Assembly: GCA_032718475.1 (NCBI GenBank)
Contig: JAUCBJ010001162.1
Location: forward strand, 1-58,823
From: Nemertoderma westbladi
Taxonomy: Eukaryota > Animalia > Xenacoelomorpha
Direction: 5' to 3'
DNA: 58,823 bases
Part shown: in pieces, positions 36,499 to 47,225 of the stretch
How the letters are laid out: the number at the start of each line of letters is the position of its first letter
Numbering within the stretch: the stretch's first letter is position 1
Notes under the pieces: model-generated
What the model saw: the letters and a program-made list of their open reading frames with translations, nothing else
The model's database searches: none
Told to the model about the DNA's origin: nothing
Program-made: the position numbers and the translations under genes

Positions 36499-37749
36499 TG
36501 TAAAAGCCTTTGCTGAATTGCCCCGTTATTTTTATTATCTTTTACATTAAAATACTCTGTAGTTGATTTAATAAGTGTAAGAGACCGTATTATTGCTGTA
36601 TCGGTGTTTTTAGAGGATCTAAGACCTATTTCCTCCGTATGTGTACTGTGAAAGGCATATTTTATGATTCTATGGCAATTCGTGACGCAAAGGGGTGATA
36701 GCTACTCTTGAACAGTAGTTACTATGACTACGGTTAACAGCTGACATTCATACGTGTTGATTTCCTTTGTTCTACGGCGTCTCTCAGTTCAGTCAGCCAA
36801 TTAGAGCGTTTTTGTGGCTCCTTGTACAGAAAATTTCCGAGAAATGACGCAATGCCTATGTGCAGTGTTTACATTCAGTCCTGAGCCTAAGAAAGAACGG
36901 CTTGGAAGTATTTTGTGCTTTACTGTTTTTAGTCTTACACTAGTAGGTTTAATTATAAAGGGCATATATCCTTTAACATACCTAACGACTACCTGACTCA
37001 TGGAATCACTGCTGACTGATCATACATGCTGACTGCTGAAACATTGCAAACTCATAGCAATCAGTGTTCAGTTGTTGTTTTATACTGCTATTTACCGTCA
37101 GTTCTTCATAATATGGTTGATGAATTATTATATTTGGAATAACGATAAACAACCCCGAAACCCAATATTCTTGATATACCGAAGGTAAGAGAGAAGGGTT
37201 ACAGATAAACGATTGTGACTTATGTTAAAGTGGTTTGAAGTGAATCTAATGTTATTTGATAGACCCTACATGAGTCAGTCTGTGTTCCTTTTATATGTGA
37301 CTAAAATCAGTGAAGATTGGCAGATTAGTGTGCAGTATTGTGCAGCATTGTGTATGAGTGAGTCTGTTAAAGAAGCAATTCCTAAAGAATGCGCCATATA
37401 TGTGAATTATAATTAAGCCATATCGTTGTGAGTAGTTTAAGTCATAACTCTGTTTATATAGATAAAGCGCCACGTCCTAAAGGAACTGTTAATATTACCG
37501 AAGGTGAATAATATTGTCAGAGATTATATAATACTGTCAGTCGAATAATACATTAGGCTTACATAGCAATAAAAATTAAACCGTCGAACCCAATCTCCCG
37601 GGAATATCCAGCGGGTGAATGGTCGCGCACGGATTGGTTTCGACTAGTGTAGTGAATCAAATACTTATCATAGACTAAAAGCAGATTTAATATCTAGAAG
37701 ACATCTTAATTTGGTGGGTTAAACTGCCAAAGGTCTGAAAGCGCGAACA
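36499..37749 (+). repeat. 5' LTR
   Basis: TGTAAAAGCC...GCGCGAACA. I noticed only two substitutions versus the 3' LTR (TTTGAT/TTTGAA; CCATAT/CCATAA). Confidence 0.97.
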
Positions 37750-38068
37750 TTAAAGGATATAGCTTCTTTATTGCAGTAAGCAATAAAGTTGAAAGTACCG
37801 GTCAACCGGTACATCTGTAGGTCAGTAGGCCCAACTGCCAGAACCGGTACCAGTAGGCCTGACTACCTAACCACCCGGACCGGTACCTACAGCAGTACAG
37901 GTACAGCAGTATTATTCGATTTTGATTATTATATACCAGTAGGCCTTAATAATTAATCAGGGAATGCAGCCCTGGTTTTTTATTGAGATTTTTACTTATT
38001 TCTGTCAAGTTTTATTTGTTTGTAGGCCAGTATTGAACAGAAGGCGTGTAAACCTGATCAGATTGTAC

Positions 38069-38642
38069 AGACAATTTGTAGGCTGAGCTGTTGTCTGATT
38101 GCTGTTAAGTCTGAACGGATTACAGTGTGTGTAGAGCACTTGTCCGATTAAGTACGGTTAGGAAGTAGGGGCAGCCAATGCGGTAAGGTAAACCCCCAAC
38201 TAAAGAATAAGTCGCACTACTGGGTTAGAGCGCATACTCCCTAATCATTTCGGAGTCTGCATGTCCTGTGGTTTATTTAGGCTTGAGAGTAGTCTGCCAT
38301 CGTTTAGTCTGTACTTTGTTTGTGTAAGTCTGTACGGGTAGCGTATAATTTTATTTAGATAATTTGTAGGCTGGATAGTTGTCTGGCTGTTATTAGGTCT
38401 GAACGGATTGCCGCGTGTGTAGATCATCTGTCCGATTAAGTACGGTTAGGCAGTCGGGGCAGCGAACGCAGTAAGGTAAACCCCCAACTAAAGAATAAGT
38501 CGCACTACTGGGTTAGAGCGCATACTCCCTAATCATTTCGGAGTCTGCATATACCGTAGTTTGTTTAGGCTTGATAGTAGTCTGTCAGTGTTCGGTCTGT
38601 ATTTTGTTTGAGTAGTTTGTACGCGTAGCGTAATATTTATTA
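38069..38642 (+). repeat. 288-bp tandem duplication in the element's 5' leader
   Basis: AGA[C/T]AATTTGTAGGCTG at 38069 and 38357. An identical core GTAAGGTAAACCCCCAACTAAAG...CGGAGTCTGCAT is present in both copies. Confidence 0.9.
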
Positions 38643-39949
38643 TTCAGAGTTTATGCGATTATTCGCAACATTCAAGTCCCCAAGTTTGTTCCTACAGTAA
38701 TTGTGTTTGTTATACATACCGCTATAGTTAAATTAACCTCGGTACTACACGGGCTGCTTGGCGTAGGTAAAGACTGGTGATTTTGTGCATCGGTCACTCC
38801 AGCAGATGCCGTGGTTCTTTTAGCTGTTCAAGTATATTTAATTACTGATTATCTGTTGTACAAGTACTCGTACCTAATTTAGGGTTTAGTGTACAGTACT
38901 TTCCGAAGTAATTATTGTAGACATTATATTTGTGTTGTAAAGTGGTTGATAGGCACATTCGATTAGCTCTATTAACTTCTAGGTAGGAACACTCCGTGAT
39001 ACATAACGTAGAACCTATAGCGATACGGCTATAGGTCGTCAGGCGGTGGTATTTTCCTATCTAGACAACGCAGTGTATTTACTACTACTTATTATTTCAA
39101 AACACCGTAGTACCCTGTCCGTGTAATAACCGGTTATCTAACCCTTTGTTAGGCTGGTTTGTAGACTTCTTGTAAAATTACCCTAAAAAATTCGTATTTG
39201 TGTTTTGTAAATTTTTGTGTTTATTTAGAGATTGTAATCTCAACCCGAATTGTACGTAATTTGTAGTATTAAGTAACTTAGGTAAATTAGTATTATTTGT
39301 TTTAGTGTCCTATACGTAACACTTCACTGAAAGCGCACCGCTTTGTGTAGTGATTACCCCAGAAATAATAACATTTATTTCAAACATAGACAAAACCCAT
39401 TAAAACGGGTATATATATATTATAAATCAAATCTAACGATTTATAAATAGTAGGCCTACCATAAAACCATTAGGTCTCAATATCAGTTGGATTACTGCTT
39501 AAATAACGGTAATAAAGTAAGTTAAAGTAACCAAGTAACCGTAAATTACAGAAATTCAATTATTCTAAAATAATTGATATACCGGTATTTACGATAGGCC
39601 TATTATCCTATTTCTATAAATCTAGGCTGAAATTATACCGGTACTTGTAATTAATTCTATTCCAGAATTATATATACTACAAACTGTAAGCTGTATACCG
39701 GTATTCCGATAGGCCTATTATATATTTATATATATTTGTGCTAAAATTATACCGGTATTCTGTGATAAACCTAGTCTGTAATAATAGTTATATATACTAT
39801 AAGCATACCGGTATTCTAATATATTATATATATCACGCTACACTGAGTAGCAGTACCGGTAATTAATTACTAGGCTATCAGTTAATACTGAGTTACTAGA
39901 CTTGCTCAGACTGTAATACAGCAGTAGACATTCAACTGTACACACAAAC

Positions 39950-42900
39950 ATGTCTGACGCAAAGCAGAACCTGTCAGACAGTCTACTAGATACAACGGAG
40001 AGTGAAGCGACAGCAGAGAAACCACATAAGAAGGATGCCATTGATATCTATCTGTCAGACTATCAGCGTTTTGTGGGAGATGAAGAGTTGAGGAGAAGGC
40101 TAGAGGGACTTAGCCCTAATAGCGAAGGAGCCCAGCATGTGTTGGATGCAATTGATGTGGATAGGATAGCGGCGAACCAAGCTAAATTCGATGAACAACT
40201 CCGCATCGCTAGAGACCAAGAAGAACAAGTAAAGAAAAAACGTATAGAAGATAGAAAGACAGCGGCAGTGGCAGCAGCAGTGGCAGAGGCAGAAGCGGAA
40301 AGAAAGGCAGCAGCAGCAGTGGCAGAGGCAGAAGCGGAAAGAAAGGCAGCAGTGGCAGAGGCCGAAGCGGAAAGGAAAGCAGCAGCAGCAGCAGCAGTGG
40401 CAGAGGCAGAAGCGGAAAGAAAGGCAGCAGTGGCAGAGGCCGAAGCGGAAAGGAAAGCAGCAGCAGCAGTGGCAGTGGCAGAGGCCGAAGCGGAAAGGAA
40501 AGCGGCAGCAGCAGTGGCAGCGGCAGAAGCCGAAAGAAAAACAGCAGAGGCAGTGGCAGAAGCAGAACGGAGGGCATCTGAAGAGGCAACCCAACTAGAG
40601 TTGGAAAATCTTCAAGAGAGGCAAGACAACTTCAATAAACAGTTAACAGCGAGCAATATGCAGATGATGAGTCGATCTACTCCCAAGAGACAGGGGTATA
40701 CATCATCTGAGGAAGGCGATACCACCGACACCGAAGGCGGAGGAAATCGATCTCGCCTAAGCAGACGTAAAAGAACATTCCACCGGCAGAAATTGCCTGA
40801 TTTGCCTCCAGCTGTTAGAAGGCAACTAAATAACACCAAAGTAGGTAGTACAGAGCCCACAGACCAAATAATTAAAATAGAAAGACTCCCTACTATAGTA
40901 GATGAGCCTGAAATAATTAGGCCTGTTCTTGAAATCACCCCTTCAGTGATAGACATACCTGTGCTCCCTGAGACTACCTATAAATTCCCTCTACATAGCA
41001 CTAAGCTACCTGTGCCCCGTAGAACTGCCCGAGAGACAGTTCAGGTCCTGGACCCCGAGCGAAATATTCACAATTTGTCGCCCGTTGTCCCTCGTCCGCC
41101 CGCTACAACGTTGGCGACTCCCGCTTCGGCGGTCGAATGGGTGGACGAGAGACGGCGGGGGATGGATATCCTGCTCGGACAGTTGCAGGAGACTGTCCAG
41201 CAATTCAAGGGCACAGTAAGGGAAAGTAGACTAGAGTTGCAAGAAGTGCAGCAAAGTATCGCGCTAGAGCGCGATAAATTAGTAAATACTCAAAAGGGTA
41301 TACCACCACCCTCTGTAACAATGTGTCAACCTGTTAGGTCTGAAGTATTGCATGCGCAAGGTGTGGAGCCTACACGCATATATACTGCTAGCGAAGTAGA
41401 AACTCCTATAGTGAACCCTATTAAGGGTAATTATAGACCTGTTGATAATGATATTCCCTATAGAACTGATCATAATCCGAGAAATTTATATACCGATAAC
41501 TCGATATTAAATAGCACGATGGCCCAAGAAAGTTTTACGCGTCAAATGGCTAGAACCGAAGCCCGGCAAGCGGTAAAGGTTGGAGAGATCGTCAAGTTCA
41601 ATGGAGATGAGATGAAATGGTTACCTTTTAATGAATATTACAAAGATAACATACAGAACTCTGTACTATCTAATGGAGAAAAACTTAGATACCTCATCGA
41701 GTGCTTGGAAGGATCTCCCAAGTTAATGGCGTTAAAGTTTATTGGACATCCAGACGGATTAAGACAAGTTTGGGATACACTAAACATCAGGTATGGTAAT
41801 AGGACTAACATAGCTAGGTATTTATATGCGAAATTAATGGCGCCCCGAAAGTTTCTTAGCAGCGGGATTATAGAGTTTTCCGATGAGATTCAGGAGATCT
41901 GTAGACAACTAGATTGGTTAGGTAAGTCTCATGAATACCAGAATTCTATGGTTGTAGGAGCCTTAGCATCTACTTTGCCCAAGGGTGGAGTAGGTACACG
42001 CTGGGACAAGAAGGTGTTATATATGATGGAACAACAACGACGAGACCCTACCATAGCTGATCTCATGTCATTCTTAGATGGAGAAGTGAAATTACAGCTC
42101 CTAAGGCAGTCCAGAGAGAAGACACTGGAAAACAAGGTAAGTGAGAAACCCGTTTCTAGGAGAAGGGTAACACCAGTATGTTATACCGACGACGGTGAAA
42201 GCCAAACTTCTCAAGGAGAGGACAGCGGGAAAGACACTGACAGATCTTATGTCAATAAAATGCCTAAAGATCAGGTAAGTAAATCCAAGTCTCGACCCAA
42301 TGACAGAAGGGAACCGGTACAAAAAACCCTTCCTACGTCTCCTAAAAGAATTCAGGTGAGAAAGCCCGAGGAAAGAACAAGTGTGCACCACATAGCACAG
42401 GTTAAAGTAAGTAACATCAAGCCGAAATGTGTGCTGTGCGACGGGCCCCACCGTTTAAATGCGTGTGATAAATTCCTGAGGAAATCACTAAAGGATAGAC
42501 GTGAAATCATGTGGGATAAGCGGTTGTGTTATAATTGCCTCAGACGAGGACACCAACGGCGAACCTGTAACTCCGACGCAAGGTGTGCAAAGTGCGGCGC
42601 AAAACATCATATCTTGTTGCACACGGAATTCGAACGAAACAGCCCGAGTCAGGTAAGTGAGTCCGAACTACATGTCCAATTCAGTGATGTGAACGACACT
42701 GATCAATCTGAGATGGAAGGATTCTATACGGACGAGTTCTCCGACCAAAACGAATCCTGTTACCTAATAAACACCACCGCAGTGTATCGAGCACTCGTGT
42801 ATGAGAAAGACACAGACAGCGACCTTACCTTAACTACTTCCGATCAACAACCATCTTGGAAAGCGTCAACTTCCAATATAGGAATCCGAGAATTTCCTGT

Positions 42901-44167
42901 AGTCCAGTTACGGGTCCACGGACCTCAGAAGAGCTATATAGTGAACGCCCTCCTGGACTCCGGTAGCACAGGAACATTCATCGATAGGGAACTAGCCGAA
43001 GTCATCTTTGCTGGACAACCCAAGTTCCGAACCAAGCTAAACATGTCAGGGATCATGCAGGTTTGGAATTCTACTGTAGCTGCCGACTATTATATAGGTG
43101 AGTTGTCCACCCCCCAGGACGAACTAGGAGAACATAGCATCAGGTCAGTGAAAATGGTGGCTATAAAGAACTTCGCTACTACTCAAGCAGACCTTTATAA
43201 TTGGGACGAGGATGAGAGCATCCAACATCTTAACATACCTCGATTCCAGACTGATTATCCTGGAGTGCAAATACTCATCGGCCAAAACGCGCATGAGGCG
43301 CTGGAGACATTAGAGAAACGGCCTGCTCAACCGCAGCCCCTACAGACCTATGCGGTAAGAACTAGAGTAGGTTGGTACCTTACTGGACCTTCCCGTAGAA
43401 CGCTCAGGGAAAGACTGCTTCAAGATCGCGTCTGCCAGGTGAGTGAATGGGAAGATGATACTAGTGAGGGAGACGACCTAACTGAGGGAACACCACACTC
43501 CTCAGATAATGACAATCTTAGCTCCAATGTAGATCAATGGAGATATTGCCCCAAGAAGTTTAATCCAACGGACATCGCTTCCAGAGGAGCAACTCCTCAA
43601 GAACTGACAGATACTATAGACCGGTTAGGTGAACCCGACTTCCTGAGTAAGGAGAATGAATGGCCTCCCCATCTTACTCCGACTGAGATTAGACCAGCCA
43701 AGGGAGCGGAGAAAGTCGAACCTGAAACCCGGACGGGTGGATCGGAGTTATTTGAACCCGGGATAGATCTGTCGGTATTACATGTTGCCAGGGACGACGC
43801 CGTGGTTCTGGGCCTCCCCACCGCGAGTGGATCCTTCATGAAGATCAGAGAGAGCGATTGGAGCTCTAGAACATCAGACGTCTCGCAGGGACTCTCACCT
43901 CTCCTGCAGAGAGCGACGGACCACTATAGCTCCTGGAATCGGCTTTGTGACGCCGTCATATACTTTGAGCGATGTTTTTATCGTCACTATTCCAGGACGA
44001 AGAGGAAACCTGGAATTGTATTCAGGATGCAGCGACTCAAACACCCAGTCGGTCGTTTGTGTTTATCGGAAGGGAATGGAGGACTCTCCGGAAACTGTGG
44101 AAGGCAAGATTCTCTTCCCACGACCACCTCCCTAATCCTTCAAACATCTAGGGATTCCATAACGTAA
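39950..44167 (+). CDS. BEL/Pao Gag-protease polyprotein lacking RT and integrase (1405 aa)
   Basis: DUF1759-like KFNGDEMKWLPF...EKLRYLIECLEG. Three Pao zinc knuckles CVLCDGPHRLNAC, CYNCLRRGHQRRTC and CAKCGAKHHILLH. Aspartic protease ALLDSGS...ILIGQN...AVRTRVGWYLTGP. About 50 aa later comes the RNase H tail QWRYCPKKFNPTDIASRG...PDFL...EWP...YSSWNRL. No YxDD motif and no integrase HHCC/DDE. Confidence 0.92.
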   Translation: MSDAKQNLSDSLLDTTESEATAEKPHKKDAIDIYLSDYQRFVGDEELRRRLEGLSPNSEGAQHVLDAIDVDRIAANQAKFDEQLRIARDQEEQVKKKRIEDRKTAAVAAAVAEAEAERKAAAAVAEAEAERKAAVAEAEAERKAAAAAAVAEAEAERKAAVAEAEAERKAAAAVAVAEAEAERKAAAAVAAAEAERKTAEAVAEAERRASEEATQLELENLQERQDNFNKQLTASNMQMMSRSTPKRQGYTSSEEGDTTDTEGGGNRSRLSRRKRTFHRQKLPDLPPAVRRQLNNTKVGSTEPTDQIIKIERLPTIVDEPEIIRPVLEITPSVIDIPVLPETTYKFPLHSTKLPVPRRTARETVQVLDPERNIHNLSPVVPRPPATTLATPASAVEWVDERRRGMDILLGQLQETVQQFKGTVRESRLELQEVQQSIALERDKLVNTQKGIPPPSVTMCQPVRSEVLHAQGVEPTRIYTASEVETPIVNPIKGNYRPVDNDIPYRTDHNPRNLYTDNSILNSTMAQESFTRQMARTEARQAVKVGEIVKFNGDEMKWLPFNEYYKDNIQNSVLSNGEKLRYLIECLEGSPKLMALKFIGHPDGLRQVWDTLNIRYGNRTNIARYLYAKLMAPRKFLSSGIIEFSDEIQEICRQLDWLGKSHEYQNSMVVGALASTLPKGGVGTRWDKKVLYMMEQQRRDPTIADLMSFLDGEVKLQLLRQSREKTLENKVSEKPVSRRRVTPVCYTDDGESQTSQGEDSGKDTDRSYVNKMPKDQVSKSKSRPNDRREPVQKTLPTSPKRIQVRKPEERTSVHHIAQVKVSNIKPKCVLCDGPHRLNACDKFLRKSLKDRREIMWDKRLCYNCLRRGHQRRTCNSDARCAKCGAKHHILLHTEFERNSPSQVSESELHVQFSDVNDTDQSEMEGFYTDEFSDQNESCYLINTTAVYRALVYEKDTDSDLTLTTSDQQPSWKASTSNIGIREFPVVQLRVHGPQKSYIVNALLDSGSTGTFIDRELAEVIFAGQPKFRTKLNMSGIMQVWNSTVAADYYIGELSTPQDELGEHSIRSVKMVAIKNFATTQADLYNWDEDESIQHLNIPRFQTDYPGVQILIGQNAHEALETLEKRPAQPQPLQTYAVRTRVGWYLTGPSRRTLRERLLQDRVCQVSEWEDDTSEGDDLTEGTPHSSDNDNLSSNVDQWRYCPKKFNPTDIASRGATPQELTDTIDRLGEPDFLSKENEWPPHLTPTEIRPAKGAEKVEPETRTGGSELFEPGIDLSVLHVARDDAVVLGLPTASGSFMKIRESDWSSRTSDVSQGLSPLLQRATDHYSSWNRLCDAVIYFERCFYRHYSRTKRKPGIVFRMQRLKHPVGRLCLSEGNGGLSGNCGRQDSLPTTTSLILQTSRDSIT
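40255..40580 (+). repeat. Coding minisatellite (AVAEAEAERKAA)n, about 8 units, in the Gag N-terminus
   Basis: Units of GCAGTGGCAGAGGC(A/C)GAAGCGGAAAG(A/G)AA(G/A)GCA with variable GCA runs, all length changes in frame. Confidence 0.9.
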
Positions 44168-45789
44168 CAACATATGGAGTGGGTGTGTGACTCTATTATT
44201 TTATATTATTTTATTATTTTATATTTATGTATGTATTACTATGTAATTTTATTATAATCGTTTTATTTAATTTAATAGAATATTATTTAGCGGTTATTTT
44301 GTAGAATAGTGCAATATATTCGTGTTTATTACGTACATAGTTACTTATATTATATTTAGTGCGACGGCGAAGAAATAATTATTTTCTCTTTCCTTACTGT
44401 CCGTATTATATTATAAATACGTAACTACAGTAAGATGAAATGTCCGTACTTATTAAAGTACAATAAAGCCACTACTATATTTAAGTATTATTGGTAGGCA
44501 GAGTATTAGGAATGCAAAGTTCAGATCCTCGTGTCTCGGCTAAACCAAGCTCTGGGTAGACCTTGGAAACGACTTGCCTCTTCACACTGACATTGCTTCG
44601 TGCGATATTGCTCTCATACCGTATATTAAATAATACATATAGTAGCGTGATGTCCCTTTAACAGTAGCGTATAACGCAAAATAAATCTGTTAAACCCTTT
44701 GACCATCTGTAATTCTAGTCGATTAAGATATCGTGGCACCCACCGATATACTTGAAAGACAAATTATAGAATCAGTGGTTAACGTCCCCAGACAAGTTCT
44801 GGAATAAATCGGTGCCCATCTCAAATATTAATTAGTTAATATTTACAAATCAAATAAGTCAAAATCTGTAAAATTCAGATCCTTCAACAATTCTAGTCAA
44901 TTAAGATATCGTAGCATTTACCGATATTCTTAAAGAGACAATTTTCTTAGAATTAAGGATCTTGTGTCCCTAGACATGTTCTAGAATCAAAATATGTCCA
45001 TTTAATTATCAAATAATAAAATTTCAGGGAATAAATTTAAATTCATGTCTTTTAATGAATTTAATAAATTGCCATTTTACGCAATTTATAACATTCCCAA
45101 AATTCCATTAATTAATAGATCAAGGGAGCGGAGATTTATTTTATCATGCGTATGAGTGTGTGAAAGTCTCCCAAACATAGTCAATAGCCGATAAAATTCA
45201 TAAAGTCATGTATAAAACCGAACATTGACTATTAAAGAATACTATTAAATAACATCCCAGATCTGTATGCATTGGAATTACTCTAATTCTACCGCTAGCT
45301 TTGCATAATGTCACCATAGCAACAACCACGCTAGAATTAGAATTGAGTTAAAAGAACAATAGAAAGCTTATCCCATTGAATAGCATAGGGAATAAATAGC
45401 GCACTACTAGTATCCAAGGATACATAATAATACAGTGACATTCTGGAAGGCATTGACTAACGGACAAGTGACCCGAGTGTGTGTAATTTGTGACAAGTTG
45501 TGTGTGTGGTACTTGTGAGTTTATAGGCGAATGTTACTACTAAGGTGTGTTTACAGTAGCTAGTCGCAATCGTAAAAGTAACCTAACTCTCCAAGGAAAA
45601 CCTGAAGTACATCTAAGCCTTTGGGACGGACAGTCGAGTGACTTGTGCCGGTTGTCGTTTTCGTTGTGCGGCTACGTCGTTGGCGAAAGTACAGCGGCGA
45701 CGACACATCGGCGCTGAGGATCTCGTACTGTCCGGGGGTTAATTGGAGTAGGCAGCGACGCTCGCTAGCCTGAATATAAACTCCTTATA

Positions 45790-46122
45790 ATGTGGATAAA
45801 CTCATATATAGCAGACATGATGGAGTTGATAGCAGATGTTCTTGGTATCGGGGAGCGATATACTCTACTTTTGCAAGCGTTTGTTGATAGCTTAATACGC
45901 GGCGACGTTAGTCCAACTGCTGCGGAGGACGATGGTCGTTATATCGAACCGCCAATGTCCCAAGAGCAGCTCGCGCGCGAGTTGGACTATAGAAAATTCG
46001 CTGCTCGATATACGCAGCGTAATGGTACGTATGTGGTCTTCTTAACTACTGGTCATCCTATCGATTTACACAATACGGACTATGTCGACTATATATCCTG
46101 CCCAGCGGAGTCGGAACCATAA
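45790..46122 (+). CDS. Putative accessory ORF of unknown function in the 3' region of the LTR element
   Basis: 110-aa ORF downstream of a GC-rich patch and TATAAA (45775-45780). Downstream sequence to 47147 looks like decayed coding sequence and ends in the same basic tail as ORF 52-834. Confidence 0.35.
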   Translation: MWINSYIADMMELIADVLGIGERYTLLLQAFVDSLIRGDVSPTAAEDDGRYIEPPMSQEQLARELDYRKFAARYTQRNGTYVVFLTTGHPIDLHNTDYVDYISCPAESEP

Positions 46123-47217
46123 ACTGAAATTCGAATGCGAAAATTCTATTCGAAATCGACTCGAAAGAAAAGACACTAAAGAAACAAATGGACGCGGTAA
46201 CTCCAACGTATATTTGGAATTCTTGATAGAAGCATTGTAACAACAAATAAATATCACCCGCGTTTCCCCTACCAGACGTGCGTCTTTGGTATTATTACGA
46301 TAAATGTCCTAGACCCAGCCAATAAACGGAAAGACATAAACATCCACGGAAACGTCGTGTTAAACACAGTTGTGTTCGTTATATTTACTGGAGTTTCGAG
46401 CGAAACTTGTTTGACGTATCACCTATGCTCACTCGGCTCTAAACCTAGAGTAAACCTACGATCAGAGTCCCGGAATACTCGGTCAAACCTCCTCATTCCT
46501 TAGTTGGACCTCAGACCTTCGATCCTGGTGGTGTCGCGGATCCTCGCGGACGGTATTCACTGTTCAAAGATCTAGTGCTACCCTAACAATTAATCGGTAA
46601 CACTCCGACAGTGATTTCTAGCTAGCCGCCCATCTTACCTAGCCGGATTGTGACGCGGACACCTAATATCACTATCCAACCGTATGGTCGTCCACGTTTA
46701 ACGCGATACAACCCCTCATCAAGGTGAAGGAGAGCGTTGTACGAAACGAGTTAAACGCTATTTTATAAAGATCAAAAAGGAAACCTGCGTTTGTTCAGAT
46801 AAACGTAAGTTATAACAGTGAGTCCAATCGATAAACGAATTGGCCTTATCTCAATTCGATTGGGAAATCCAGAATCTCTAAGAAGTTATCGAACTTGGAC
46901 GATCCTATTCTCTGCGAGAGTTTTTGGATGAACGTATCCAGCTACGAGCGGAGGAAAATCAGCTCGAGGAGAAGCATATCGAAACGGCAGATGCCTCGAC
47001 CACAATCCTACACCTTCTGATGCAATCATATTGCACCCTTCACCCAGGAGTTATGGCCCTCCTAGTAAAGTGGCTCCCCCCAAAGAGAAAAAGACTCTTG
47101 CTAGCCTCAAAAAACTGCGTAAACGCCGTCTGCGTAAGAAAGACTAACTGTTTAGAGTATCTTTATGTTTTAGAAACTGTGATTTTTATATTTTATAGAC
47201 TGAAAATCCCATTTTCT

Positions 47218-47225
47218 GGGAGCGG
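47218..47225 (+). promoter_or_regulatory. Polypurine-tract-like plus-strand primer site
   Basis: GGGAGCGG immediately before the 3' LTR TGT, with the identical arrangement at 905-912. Confidence 0.7.

Noticed and set aside
36801-37473. Short ORFs duplicated at 47528-48200
   Set aside because: They lie within the LTRs. The duplication reflects LTR identity, and no protein motifs were seen.
40100-40594. Cys-rich and Leu/Pro-rich minus-strand ORFs
   Set aside because: Antisense shadows of the GCA-rich Gag minisatellite.
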